The notes: a model not told the origin generated them from the sequence alone. A stretch of DNA of 64,000 nucleotides from Macrostomum lignano (GCA_002269645.1 NIVC01000536.1:248001-312000); one strand, 5' to 3'; positions 25,905-38,598 are shown, counted from the stretch's first letter. Made by a program: numbers and translations.

Positions 25905-26880
25905 GATTAAGTGTCTGTAGGCCCATGCTCAAGTGTCTGTAGGCCGCTGATTAAGTTTCTGTAGGCCCATGCTTAAGTGTCTGTAGGCCCATACTTAAGT
26001 GTCTGTAGAGCGATGCTTAAGTGTCTGTAGGCCCATGCTTAAGTGTCTCTAGGCCCATTCTTAAGTGTCTGTAGGCCGATGATTAAGTGTCTGTAGGCCC
26101 ATGCTTAAGTGTCTGTAGGCCCATGCTTAAGTGTCTGTAGGCCCATACTTAAGTGTCTGTAGAGCGATGCTTAAGTGTCTGTAGGCCCATGCTTAAGTGT
26201 CTGTAGGCCCATGCTTAAGTGTCTGTAGGCCCATGCTCAAGTGTCTGTAGGGCGATGCTTAAGTGTCTGTAGGCCCATGCTTAAGTGCATGTAGGCCGAT
26301 GCTTAAGTGTCTGTAGGCCCATGCTCAAGTGCATGTAGGCCGATGATTAAGTGTCTGTAGGGCGATGCTTAAGTGCATGTAGGCCGATGATTAAGTGTCT
26401 GTAGGCCCATGCTTAAGTGTCTCTAGGCCCATGCTTAAGTGTCTGTAGGCCCATGCTTAAGTGTCTGTAGGCCCATGCTCAAGTGTCTGTAGGGCGATGC
26501 TTAAGTGTCTGTAGGCCCATGCTTAAGTGCATGTAGGCCGATGCTTAAGTGTCTGTAGGCCCATGCTTAAGTGCATGTAGGCCGATGATTAAGTGTCTGT
26601 AGGGCGATGCTTAAGTGCATGTAGGCCGATGATTAAGTGTCTGTAGGCCCATGCTTAAGTGTCTCTAGGCCCATGCTTAAGTGTCTGTAGGCCCATGCTT
26701 AAGTGTCTGTAGGCCCATGCTCAAGTGTCTGTAGGGCGATGCTTAAGTGTCTGTAGGCCCATGCTTAAGTGCATGTAGGCCGATGCTTAAGTGTCTGTAG
26801 GCCCATGCTTAAGTGTCTGTAGGCCCATTCTTAAGTGTCTGTAGGGCGATGATTAAGTGCCTGTAAGGCGGTGCTAAAGT
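25905..26880. repeat. 22-bp minisatellite (GCCCATGCTTAAGTGTCTGTAG)
   Basis: Direct. Confidence 0.95.
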
Positions 26881-27555
26881 GCCTAAAATTTATTTTCAAA
26901 CGGTCAGTCATTTCAACAGAATTTCCACTTGGAAAATGAGAACAAAGTCGCATTGCCGAATTTCGATTTAAGAAGCACAGATCTCACTAAGGCAGCAAAT
27001 ATTGACAGATAAAATTCATAAGCCTACTATAAAATCAAGAACCTGAATTAGTCTAATAATTAACTGCACAAAAGCGAATAATTAGCATAGCCAGTTAGCT
27101 GAGCGACACGCAGGAGACGACAATTTTGAGCACCTCAACGCGGGAGAAAACTGATTATCAGATCGTTTTGATACAATAATTAAAAATTGAATTTATAATT
27201 AACAAGCAACAGACAGGCAGTAACAAAGCAGTGCAGACGAATTCGACAATTTGAAATTTAATTGAACGCGGAAGAAAAAATGCAAAAAAGCAGCTAAAAA
27301 AATTGTTAAAAAATTTATGCACAATTTATAAGCAGTAATGCCATAAGTACATGTTTATGTATGTACAAATATTTAAGCACATTAACACAATTTTCATACT
27401 TTTATCATAAAAGTCAGGTAAGCTAGTCTTGAACTGGCGTGAAACTGTTTAGTTTGTTTAAAACAACAATTGTTGCGTTACTGATTAGTAGAGATTTTGA
27501 AAAAAACATTTTGCAAAATAAATTGTTGACCTCAACCAACTCGAGCCGAGTTTCT

Positions 27556-28540
27556 CAGGGAGGTGGCGATTCTTAGGGGGGGGGTTGCGATTCTCAGGGG
27601 GTGGCGATTCTCAGGGGGGTGGCGATTCTCAGGGGGTGGCGATTCTCAGGGGGGGTGGCGATTCTCAGGGAGGGTGGCGATTCTCAGGGGGAGGCGATTC
27701 TCAGGGGGGTGGCGATTCTCAGGGGGGTGGCGATTCTCAGGGGGTGGCGATTCTCAGGGGGGTGGCGATTCTCAGGGAGGGTGGCGATTCTCAGGGGGAG
27801 GGTGGCGATATTCAGGGGGAGGGTGGCGATTCTAAAGAGGAGGGTGGCGGTTCTCAGGGGGGGTGGCGATTCTCAGGGGGGTGGCGATTCTCAGGGGGGG
27901 TGGCGATTCTCAGGGAGGGTGGCGATTCTCAGGGGGTGGCGATTCTCAGGGGGTGGCGATTCTCAGGGGGGTGGCGATTCTCAGGGAGGGTGGCGATTCT
28001 CAGGGGGAGGGTGGCGATATTCAGGGGGAGGGTGGCAATATTCAGGGAAGGTGACGATTCTCAGGGGGGTGCCAATATTCAGGGAAGGTGACGATTCTCA
28101 GGGGGGTGGCGATTCTCAGGGGGGGTGGCGATTCTCAGGGGGAGGGTGGCGATTCTCAGGGGGAGGGTGGCGATTCTCAGGGGGAGGTTGGCGATTCTCA
28201 GGGGAAGGGTGGCGATTCTCAGGGGGAGGGTGGCGATATTCAGGGGGAGGGTGGCAATATTCAGGGAAGGTGACGATTCTCAGGGGGGTGCCAATATTCA
28301 GGGAAGGTGACGATTCTCAGGGGGTGGCGATTCTCAGGGGGGGTGGCGATTCTCAGGGGGAGGGTGGCGATTCTCAGGGGGAGGGTGGCGATTCTCAGGG
28401 GAGGTTGGCGATTCTCAGGGGAAGGGTGGCGATTCTCAGGGGGGGGTGGCGATTCTCAGGGGGAGGGTGGCGATTCTCAGGGGGAGGGTGGCGATTCTAA
28501 AGAGGAGGGTGGCGGTTCTCAGGGGGTGGCGATTCTCAGT
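27556..28540. repeat. ~19-22-bp G-rich minisatellite (GGGTGGCGATTCTCAGGGGG)
   Basis: Direct. Confidence 0.95.
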
Positions 28541-28690
28541 AGTAACTCATAAGCATTGCTAATCAAATCAATAAATATAATTGGAGCAAGGCGAATAACT
28601 AATTATTTATGATCAGCAGCGAGAACACATATCGCAAACTAATAATCCAATTTCTGCAACACAAGTGACTAAATTTGAATCTCAGTTGGT

Positions 28691-29474
28691 TCAAGCCTCA
28701 TCATTAGCTTTGCTGTAGCTCTGCCGCCTGATGCCGCCTCCGCCGCCACTGCCCGTGTCGCTTCCGATGCTGCCGCCGCCTCCGCCGAGCTGGCCAACAC
28801 CAGGGCCCACCTTGCTGTTATTCAAGGAGGCGGAGCCGCCGCTACAGACGCTGTAGTGATAAGTTGATGACGGCGGGTCCAGCGAGGAGTAGGCAGGCGA
28901 GCCAGCGTCCAGGTGGGTGGCCGCGGCTGGTCGGTAGGGATGCTGGTGAGGATGCTGATGCTGATGATGATGAAGCGGATGCTGCAGCGATGAAGAGCCG
29001 GATCCTGGCGCGGACATGAGCGAGACCAGCTGCTTGTCCGGCTCGGGTTTCTGGTTAGCGCAGCCAAGGTGGTTGCTGGGGCTGATCATCTTGGAGGCGT
29101 AGGGCAGCGAGTAGGTCAGCGGCTTGGACCGCTCGGCCGCCAGGCGGCCGCTGCCGCTGCCGATGCTGCCTCGGCCGCCGCCGCCACTGCCGCTGCCGCC
29201 TCCGTTGCCACTGGAATCCGAGTCCAGACTGAGCGAGGGCTTGTGCTGCTGCTGCTGCTGCAGGTGATGTTGCTGAAGCAGAGGCATCTGGTAGCGGTCT
29301 GACTCCGGCAGAACGTCAAACCCGCCGCAGGAGTCTTTGTCACCCTGCAGGCAGGCCTTCTCCTCGGGCAGAGTGAACAGCGTGGGGTCCGTCTGGTTGC
29401 TGGAGTTGCACACAATCACAGGCGTTTTGGATGATGCCAGGCCGGGGTGGCCGCTCTTCGTGTCCAGGCCGTAT
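28691..29474 (-). CDS. ADAM gene last exon: low-complexity cytoplasmic tail
   Basis: CCCCGCAG|A acceptor (phase 2); open to TGA at 28693-28691. Confidence 0.7.
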
Positions 29475-29559
29475 CTGCGGGGTCGGGGAGAGAAACTCAA
29501 AATTTACTTCTGATGTTCATTTGTTCTACTGACAGTAGGCTATGTGTGAACTGAAACCA

Positions 29560-29762
29560 ACTCAAGATACTAGTAAAACCAACTCAAGCTACTAGTAAAA
29601 CCAACTCAAGCAACTAGTAAAGCCAACTCAAAAAGCTATTAGTAAAAGCAACTCAAGCAACTAGTAAAACCAACTCAAGCAACTAGTAAAACCAACTCAA
29701 AAGCTACTAGTAAAACCAACTCAAAAGCTACTAGTAAAACCAACTCAAGCTATTAGTAAAGC
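29560..29762. repeat. 22-24-bp minisatellite (AAAACCAACTCAAGCTACTAGT), intronic
   Basis: Direct. Confidence 0.88.
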
Positions 29763-29795
29763 AGCTTTCTACTCAACCAACGCCCAGATTCGCAC

Positions 29796-29991
29796 CTGCT
29801 ATGCAGATCCTCATCATACTCGTCATCCAGGGTGGACAGGGAGCCGGACAGGCCGATCTGCTGATTCAGCAGGTTGGCCATCTCTTGCAGTTCGCCGACC
29901 TCTTTGTTCCGCAGGATGCCCTTTTCGGGCGGCGGCGGCTCAGCGGACGGAGCGAAAAGCGGCGGTGGAGACGCTCCCGCCAGCTGCTGCA

Positions 29992-30022
<31 letters not shown>

Positions 30023-30255
30023 CTGCTGCTGCTGCTGCAACAAGAACTGGTTGCTCTGCGGCGACTCTACCGATCGCTTGTAGCCGCTGCCAACGTAAGA
30101 CACAGGCGACGCATCGCCGGCACTGCTGCCGCCACCGCCGCCGCCGCGACCAGACGGTGCAAAAGTGATGGTGCGCTGCGGGTAACTAGAAAAGTCCTGG
30201 CCATCGCTCAGGTTATTGCGGCGCAGGTCCTCCCGCTTGCGGTGCTTGCCGCGGC
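29796..30255 (-). CDS. ADAM gene exon: cytoplasmic tail with polyQ and Pro-rich segment
   Basis: GTCGCCAG|GC acceptor (phase 1); AG|GTGCGA donor (phase 2); phases chain with both neighbours. Confidence 0.7.
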
Positions 30256-30414
30256 CTGGCGACAGGGAGGGGGTGGGGAGAAATCGGGCGTTTTTTATAT
30301 GGCTGATTCATTAATGGCCCCAATGGAGGGGCAAATTGGCTAGTCTAATATACTAAAAAGTTATTTCTAGTGTAGTGTCTGTAGTGTGTCTAAACTACGT
30401 AGTATACTTAGGTC

Positions 30415-30760
30415 TCAGTTGTCTTAAGTGTCTCTGGTGTGCCCAAAGTGTTCCAGGTGTGTCCAAAGTATCCAAGGTGTGTCTAAAGTGCCTCAGATAT
30501 ATCTAAAGTGTTTCAGGCGTGTCCAAAATATCTCAGGTGTATCTAAAGTAGCTCAGATATGTCTAAAGTATCTCAGATATGTCTAAAGTTTCTCAGATGT
30601 GTCTAAGTGTCTCAGGTGTGTCTAAAGTGTCTCAGATATGTCTAAAGTTTCTCAGATGTATCTAAAGTGTCTCAGATGTGTCTAAAGTGTCTCAGATGTG
30701 TCTAAAGTGTCTCAGATGTGTCTAAGTGTCTTAGGTGTTTCGAAAGTGTTCTAGGTGTGT
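30415..30760. repeat. 20-bp minisatellite (TCTAAAGTGTCTCAGATGTG), intronic
   Basis: Direct. Confidence 0.88.
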
Positions 30761-30809
30761 CAAAAACAATTTGAGCAAAATGAACAATCAAGAATCATCA
30801 TTGGCCAAC

Positions 30810-31462
30810 CATTTGAGCCGCCGCCTGGGCCGCCGCCTCCAATAGGATGACCGTTGGCGCTGGACGAGGAGGAGCCGCGCGACCGGCAGCAGAACACCAC
30901 GACGGCGATGACTAGCAGCAGCGCCAGCGCCACGGCACCGACAATCCCGATCAGAATGACGGTCGTCACTGTCGGGTCGGGCTTGCCGGAGCCGTTGGCG
31001 CCGGCTCCCATACCGTTGCTGGAGTCGCGCATTCGCCAGTAGACCGTCTGCAACGGAGTGGCAGCAGCGACGGCGGCGGCTCTGGAGCAGGCAGGGCCGG
31101 ACCAGCCTGGCCGACACAGGCAGTCACCGGCGCTAGTGCACACGCCCCGTTCCAAGCACGCCGCGCCAGCTGTCGACGCCCTCGAGGGCGATGTCGATGA
31201 AGAAGAATCGTCATCGACAACTGCAATGTCACTGTCGCTGTGTCGGCATTTGTCGGTGACGCCGCCGGAGCGACTCGTTGCGGCGACAAACTCAGACATG
31301 GGTCTGCACTGGCCGGCCAGACAGGCGCCCGGTTCGGCGCCATTGAGCTGGCAGAGGGTGCCGTTAGCCACGGGCACGTTTGGGCGGAGAAATTTGCAGG
31401 TAACTGAGCTGCTCTTCTGGGCCTGCTGAATGGACCAGGAGTTCGTCACCGAGCCGGAGTAT
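30810..31462 (-). CDS. ADAM gene exon: end of Cys-rich domain, EGF-like domain, TM helix
   Basis: VANGTLC..C.AGQC; EGF CLERGVCTSAGDCLCRPGWSGPAC; TM VILIGIVGAVALALLLVIAVVVFCC; phases 2 and 1. Confidence 0.88.
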
Positions 31463-31544
31463 CTGGGGGGGGGGGGCAAGGTGGATTTAATTTTTTTATA
31501 AGGCTTACACGGTTTACGCAGATGTGCAGCAAATGCAATTCTCG

Positions 31545-31882
31545 CAAAACTGGCACTGTCTCCTCTCTCTGTGTGACAATAAACTGGCACTGTCTCCTCT
31601 CTCTGTGACAATAAACTGGCACTGTCTCCTCTCTGTGTGACAATAAACTGGCACTGTCTCCTCTCTCTGTGACAATAAACTGGCACTGTCTCCTCTCTCT
31701 GTGTGACAATAAACTGGCACTGTCTCCTCTCTCTGTGACAATAAACTGGCACTGTCTCCTCTCTGTGTGACAATAAACTGGCACTGTCTCCTCTCTCTGT
31801 GACAATAAACTGGCACTGTCTCCTCTCTGTGTGACAATAAACTGGCACTGTCTCCTCTCTGTGTGACAATTAACTGGCACCA
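31545..31882. repeat. 30-32-bp minisatellite (ACAATAAACTGGCACTGTCTCCTCTCTGTGTG), intronic
   Basis: Direct. Confidence 0.93.
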
Positions 31883-31895
31883 AAAATAAACTCAC

Positions 31896-32455
31896 ATGGG
31901 ATTCGCGGGGCCGCCATCACCATCGTGATGGCAGATGAGGTTGGTGCAAGGATTCCAGACCGTGTTGGTGTAGCACTCCTGAGCGCCGGCCCGAGCCCCC
32001 GGCCCCCAGACGGCGCGGCACTGAGCGGCCAGGTCCGAGCAGGAGCCGCCGTGGCAGACGCCGGACCCGTCGGGGCACATCTGACCGTCGGCGAAGCGCA
32101 GATCGGCGGGGCACCGACTAGAGCGGCCGTCGCAGACTTCGGGCAGGTCGCACTGGCTGTTGGGCTGGCGGCACACGTGGCCAGCAGGGCGGAGCCGGCA
32201 GCCGGAGCAGCACTCGCCGCGGCGGCAGTTGGCCCAGTGGCTCAGCAGGCACAGGCTGGGATCGCAGCAGGGGTCGCCGGCGCTTCCCCGATGGACGGGT
32301 CGCATTCTTCGCTGCGCTCCAGCCGGCCGTTGCCGCAGTGCGGCTCCGGGCGGGGCTGCTCGGGAAAGCGGAGACAATCGGCGATCTTTGTCTGCAGGGC
32401 CGCTTCCAGACGGCGGACGTTGGCAGGCAGGTGGAACAGCTGGTTCAGGTCGCAC
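31896..32455 (-). CDS. ADAM gene exon: end of metalloprotease domain, disintegrin domain, start of Cys-rich domain (1-bp frameshift at 32286-32289)
   Basis: CGNGRLERSEECD in one frame; DPCC...GECC.GC...GHVCR...CDLPEVCDG.S..CPAD in the -1 frame; phase-2 acceptor and donor. Confidence 0.88.
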
Positions 32456-32489
32456 CTGGGGAGTGGGGTGTGCGGCAAAAATGAGATTA

Positions 32490-33275
32490 GGGTGAGACTA
32501 CGATGAGGCTGGGGTTAGACTAGAATGAGACGGGGTGAGACTTGGGTGAGACCGGGACGAGACTTAGGTGTGAATAGGATGGTGCTGGGTTGAGACTAGG
32601 GTAAGACTGGGGTGAAATGCGAGTGAGACTAGGATGAAATTGGGTTAAGATGGAGGTGAGACAGGGTTGAGATGAGATGAGATAGATGAGATAAGACTGG
32701 GATTAGATTAGATAAGATGAGACTGAAATGATGAGATGAGATTAGGACTGAGATGAGATTAGATGAGATAAGACTTAGATGAAATGAGACGAGATGAGAC
32801 TGGGATGAGATGAGATAGGTGAGAAGAGATGAGACTGGGATGAGATGAGATAGGTGAGACTCGATAAGACTGGGATGAGATCAGATAGGTGAGACTCGAT
32901 AAGACTGGGATGAGATGAGATAGGTGAGAAGAGATAAGACTGGGATGAGATAATACTGGGATGAGATGAGATAGGCGAGAAGAGATGAGACTGGAATGAG
33001 ATGTGATAGGTGAGAAGAGATGAGATGAGATAGGTGAGAAGAGATGAGACTGGGATGAGATGAGATAGGTGAGACTCGATAAGACTGGGATGAGATGAGA
33101 TAGGTGAGAAGAGATGAGACTGGAATGAGATGTGATAGGTGAGACTCGATAAGACTGGGATGAGATCAGATAGGTGAGAAGAGATGAGACTGGGATGAGA
33201 TGAGATAGGTGAGAAGAGATGAGACTGGGATGAGATGAGATAGGTGAGAAGAGATGAGACTGGAATGAGATGTGA
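32490..33275. repeat. GAGAT-based ~35-bp degenerate array, intronic
   Basis: Direct. Confidence 0.88.
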
Positions 33276-34114
33276 ATGCAAGAGCGCCAGAGAGGGAGCT
33301 GCTGAAGCCACATTCACTGCAACCCCCCAGCATGAACTGAGCTCAAAAGTAGCGCTGGGCTACAGAAAAGTACAGATTCAATGCAGCTCAGGTCAGCGCT
33401 CAGTTCTGGCAAGCACAAGTCCAAGCCAAAATTCGATATAAGCCGGCTTTCGCTACTCTCAAAGCAAATCCCCAGCTTTTCTGTTAAAAAAACAGAAAAC
33501 CACAGAAAGCTCCATTTTAGGATTAACGTGTTATCAATCAAGCAGCCCCCCCCCCGCCTGCCTAGAAGACAGTTCTCAGAGGATGGAAAAGTTTAAACTT
33601 AAAAAAAATCGAATGCTGCAACAAAAACAACAACAAAAAATTGATACAAAAATCCACCGTCAAAGAAGAAATGTCGGGGCCATTAAAGCCGGTTTTTTCT
33701 GGCTTACACGCAATTCGATGTTTTATAACTCCCCGATACAGCGGATGGCGCTGGGGGAGGCGGGGGATGGGGGTGGGGAGAAACATCCCCCGTCCTCGCT
33801 GTTTTCTTTGCATTTCCTCTTATTCATAATCAACTGATTCGGCTGGAGGGCGGAGGATTCCTCTAGCGTATTACTGAACCTGCGCTTAAACACACACAGA
33901 CAGAGGAAAAGGGGGAGCGGAAGGCAGAGTGGGGTGATAGGTTTTTCACTTATTTTCCTATTTTTCCTTTTTCCGTCATTCTCTCTCTCTCAGTATTTTT
34001 CAATTCACGAAGGCCTTCAAAACGCGAGAGGTCAGGTCAAGCGGGGTCCAAAATATTGTAGATTTGCGAGCTGCCTGAATGGAGTTGCTTAGTGTAGTGC
34101 ATAACTGACTGACC

Positions 34115-35660
34115 GAGCCCCTCCTGACACCCCAATCTCAAGAGGCTCACCTGACACCCCAATCTCAAGAGCCCCTCCTGACACCCCAACCTCATGAGCC
34201 CCTCCTGACACCCCAACCTCAAGAGCCCCTCCTGACACCCCAACCTCAAGAGCCCCTCCTGACACCCCAACCTCAAGAGCCCCTCCTGACACCCCAACCT
34301 CAAGAGCCCCTCCTGACACCCCAATCTCAAAAGCCCCTCCTGACACAACAACCTCAAGAGCCCCTCCTGACACCCCAACCTCAAGAGCCCCTCCTGACAC
34401 CCCAACCTCAAGAGCCCCTCCTGACACCCCAATCTCAAAAGCCCCTCCTGACACAACAACCTCAAGAGCCCCTCCTGACACCCCAACCTCAAGAGCCCCT
34501 CCTGACACCCCAACCTCAACAGCCCCTCCTGACACAACAACCTCAAGAGCCCCTCCTGATACCCCAAACTCAAGAGCCCCTCCTGACACCCCAACCTCAA
34601 GAGCCCCTCCTGACACCCCAACCTCAACAGCCCCTCCTGACACAACAACCTCAAGAGCCCCTCCTGATACCCCAAACTCAAGAGCCCCTCCTGACACCCC
34701 AACCTCAAGAGCCCCTCCTGACACCCCAATCTCAAAAGCCCCTCCTGACACAACAACCTCAAGAGCCCCTCCTGACACCCCAACCTCAAGAGCCCCTCCT
34801 GACACCCCAACCTCAAGAGCCCCTCCTGACACCCCAATCTCAAAAGCCCCTCCTGACACAACAACCTCAAGAGCCCCTCCTGACACCCCAACCTCAAGAG
34901 CCCCTCCTGACACCCCAACCTCAAGAGCCCCTCCTGACACCCCAACCTCAACAGCCCCTCCTGACACAACAACCTCAAGAGCCCCTCCTGATACCCCAAA
35001 CTCAAGAGCCCCTCCTGACACCCCAACCTCAAGAGCCCCTCCTGACACCCCCAAGCTCAAAAGCCCGTCCTGACACCCCCAACCTCAAGAGCCCCTCCTG
35101 ACACCCTAACCTCAAGAGCCCCTCCTGACACCCCAACCTCAAGAGCCCCTCCTGACACACCAATCTCAAAAGCCCCTCCTGACACCCCAACCTCAAGAGC
35201 CCCTCCTGACACCCCAACCTCAAGAGCCCCTCCTGACACCCCAACCTCAACAGCCCCTCCTGACACAACAACCTCAAGAGCCCCTCCTGATACCCTAAAC
35301 TCAAAAGCCCCTCCTGACAACCCAACCTCAAGAGCCCCTCCTGACACCCCCAAGCTCAAAAGCCCGTCCTGACACCCCCAACCTCAAGAGCCCCTCCTGA
35401 CACCCCAATCTCAAGAACCCCTCCTGACACCCCAACCTCAAAAGCCCCTCCTGACACCCTAACCTCAAGAGCCCCTCCTGACACCCCAACTTCAAGAGCC
35501 CCTCCTGACACCCCAACCTCAAGAGCCTCTCCTGACACCCCCAACCTCAAAAGACCCTCCTGACACTCCCAACCTCAAAAGACCCTTCTGACACTCCCAA
35601 CCTCAAGAGCCCCTCCTGACACCCCAATCTCAAAAGCCCCTCCTGACACCCTAACCTCAG
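34115..35660. repeat. 27-bp minisatellite (GACACCCCAACCTCAAGAGCCCCTCCT), intronic
   Basis: Direct; source of the LRLGCQEGL ORFs. Confidence 0.95.
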
Positions 35661-35682
35661 AGCAGAACCAAAGGCCACTCAC

Positions 35683-36113
35683 TCGCTGTCGCTGGCGCAG
35701 GGAAAGGCCAGCATGCCGAACTGCTCAGCCACCGCCAGAGACATCAGCTTGGCAACGTGCAGCTCGTCAGCCAGATTGGTGACTTGGACAACACTGACGG
35801 CCCGGCTGGTGCACACGCTATCCGGCACGCTCAGGTGCTCGGTGTTGGCCACGAACACCTGCGAGCTGAGCAGCAGCAATGAGTCGAATGTCCGATCGCG
35901 CTCTCGGGCAGTCTCAGCCAGGGAATAGTTTAACAGGCCGTGCAGCGTAGCCCGAATATCGCTGCTGATTGGAAATTGATCCTCGAGGTTCCAGACTTCT
36001 ACTAGAAGCAGGGAGACGGCAACCCGGGTTGGGGCGAAGTATTTCCCCATCAGGTTGGTGAGCCGGCCGCTCAGCAACTGGGATCTGTCCATTGTCCGGT
36101 CGAGACTGGAGAA
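35683..36113 (-). CDS. ADAM gene exon: reprolysin-like metalloprotease domain with degenerate zinc motif
   Basis: VEVWNLEDQF...TL...FDSLLLLS...SVC...AVSVV; LAVAEQFGMLA in place of HExxHxxGxxH; phases 0 and 2. Confidence 0.85.
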
Positions 36114-36159
36114 CTGCGGAGTGGGATAAAGATCCAAAAAAATGAATTTTTTGGATTTA

Positions 36160-37030
36160 CTGAGGTCAAGAGCTTTCTCGACTGTGGAAGGGTCAACTGA
36201 CCCCCTTTTAGTTGGAGCTTTCTACAACTCAATTGTGGGAGGGTCAACTGACTCCCTTTTAGTTGGAGCTTTCTCGACTGTGGGAGGGTCAACTGACCCC
36301 CTTTTAGTTGGAGCTTTCTACAACTCAATTGTGGGAGAGTCAACTGACAACTGACCCCCTTTTAGTTGTAGCTTTCTCGACTGTGGGAGGGTCAACTGAC
36401 CCCCTTTTAGTTGTAGCTTTCTCGACTGTGGGAGGGTCAACTGACCCCCTTTTAGTTGGAGCTTTCTACAACTCAATTGTGGGAGGGTCAACTGACAACT
36501 GACCCCCTTTTAGTTGTAGCTTTCTCGACTGTGGGAGGGTCAACTGACCCCCTTTTTAGCTGTAGCTGTCTCGACTGTTGGGGGTCAACTGACCCCCTTG
36601 CTGTTGTTGCTTTCTTGAATGTAAGATGGTCAACTGACCCCCTTTTAGTTGTAACTTTCTTGGCTGTGGGAGGGTCAACTGACCCCCTTTTAGCTGTTGC
36701 ATTCTACAACTAAATTGTGGGAGGGTCAACTGACAACTGACCCCCTTTTAGTTGTAGCTTTCTCGACTGTGGGAGGGTCAACTGACCCCCTTTTTAGCTG
36801 TAGCTGTCTCGACTGTTGGGGGTCAACTGACCCCCTTGCTGTTGTTGCTTTTTTGAATGTAAGATGGTCAACTGACCCCCTTTTAGTTGTAACTTTCTTG
36901 GCTGTGGGAGGGTCAACTGACCCCCTTTTAGCTGTTGCATTCTACAACTCAATTGTGGGAGGGTCAACTGACCCCCTTTTAGCTGTTGCTTTCTACAACT
37001 CAATTGTGGGAGGGTCAACTGACCCCCTCA
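36160..37030. repeat. ~45-bp minisatellite containing the palindrome GGGTCAACTGACCC, intronic
   Basis: Direct. Confidence 0.92.
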
Positions 37031-37082
37031 GGGTTGCAGCTGTCTCTATTGAAGGAGCAACTAATATCAAGCACTGCCTCAC

Positions 37083-37539
37083 CAGCTGGTGGTCCACAAT
37101 GATTCCAAGCCGCAGTTTGAAATCCTTGGGCGGTATCTGGCCAGGCTGCCAGCCGAGCTTGAGCCGGTCCAGAATCTGCTCGGGCACAATCCTGGGCTCA
37201 CTGAGAGCGGTGAATGAAGTGTAGAAAATCTGCACATTGGGATCCCGGGTGATGTTCTGATTCAATCGCGGATCAGCCAGGCCGTAGCGCATCACAAAAT
37301 ACGGCTTGTAGGGCCGGCACTGGGTGCACAGAACTGGCAGGATGACGTACTCCAAGCCCTGATAGGTGAAGTAGCCGTGCATGATTTTATTGCACAGGTC
37401 AACATAAGCTGAGCCTTGGTAACGGCCGTGCTGCTTCACTCGGCCAGTGTAATAGCAGTGCGGCATGCTGCCTGAGACCATGATGCTGCTGCGGACTCGC
37501 CAGTGGCGCACTTGGAATTTGTCCGAGATGTCCAGCACC
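37083..37539 (-). CDS. ADAM gene exon: prodomain and start of catalytic domain
   Basis: HCYYTGRV...SAYVDLC...GYF..QGLEYVILP is a Pep_M12B propeptide pattern; KLRLGIIVDHQL; CTG|GTGAGG donor. Confidence 0.85.
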
Positions 37540-38145
37540 CTGGAGTAAGGAATAGATAGCAAAATAGGTAAACAGCCAGAGTAACTGGAATGCCTTTATA
37601 AGGCCTAATGCCTCGCCAGCTTAGTAGTGTAAAAAATTGTCTGCAGGTAAACAGCGAGAGTAACGCGCTTGTTGTTACCCTATCAGATGCTTCGTCATCT
37701 TATTAGACGAGTTTATTTCAAGGTCGGCAATTTTAAGTTTTTAACGAAACGAAGAGAAGCTGAAGTGGAATTGGAACTTAAGAGAAAGCTTCCTTCAGTA
37801 AGTAATTAGTAGTTTTAAGTACCGTTTCTAGATTTTGATTTGAGCAATTAGGAAAAGGGGCCATAGGAAAAGTCGCTAGCTGTGAGTCACCCAATTCGCA
37901 TATAAAAGCCATTGAAAGAAGCACTAAGAAAAAAGTCTAGGGTCAAATTACCAGCTGGATGTTCCCCGCTTCGATTCACCCAGAACTGAACAGGTACCCC
38001 CCCCCCCCAATTAAATAAGAAAACACTTTCATTTTGCCTTAACAGTGTAAATAATTGGCTACACTAAACCACTATAATGAGGCTGCGGTTGCAAATATTT
38101 AATTATGCACGAAGCCGAATCAGACAATAAAGTTGATCTCTTTAT

Positions 38146-38598
<453 letters not shown>

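Noticed and set aside
27563-28552. Gly-rich collagen- or silk-like protein
   Set aside because: No sustained Gly-X-Y register, frame constantly broken by variable G-runs, and no signal peptide.
32280-32295. Programmed -1 ribosomal frameshift in the ADAM gene
   Set aside because: GGGGAAG is not an X XXY YYZ slippery heptamer and no downstream structure was evident; a homopolymer indel is simpler.
33244-33840. Possible extra ADAM exon carrying a Met-turn
   Set aside because: The exons at 35683 and 32455 already join in phase (GA|G), and these ORFs lack ADAM features.
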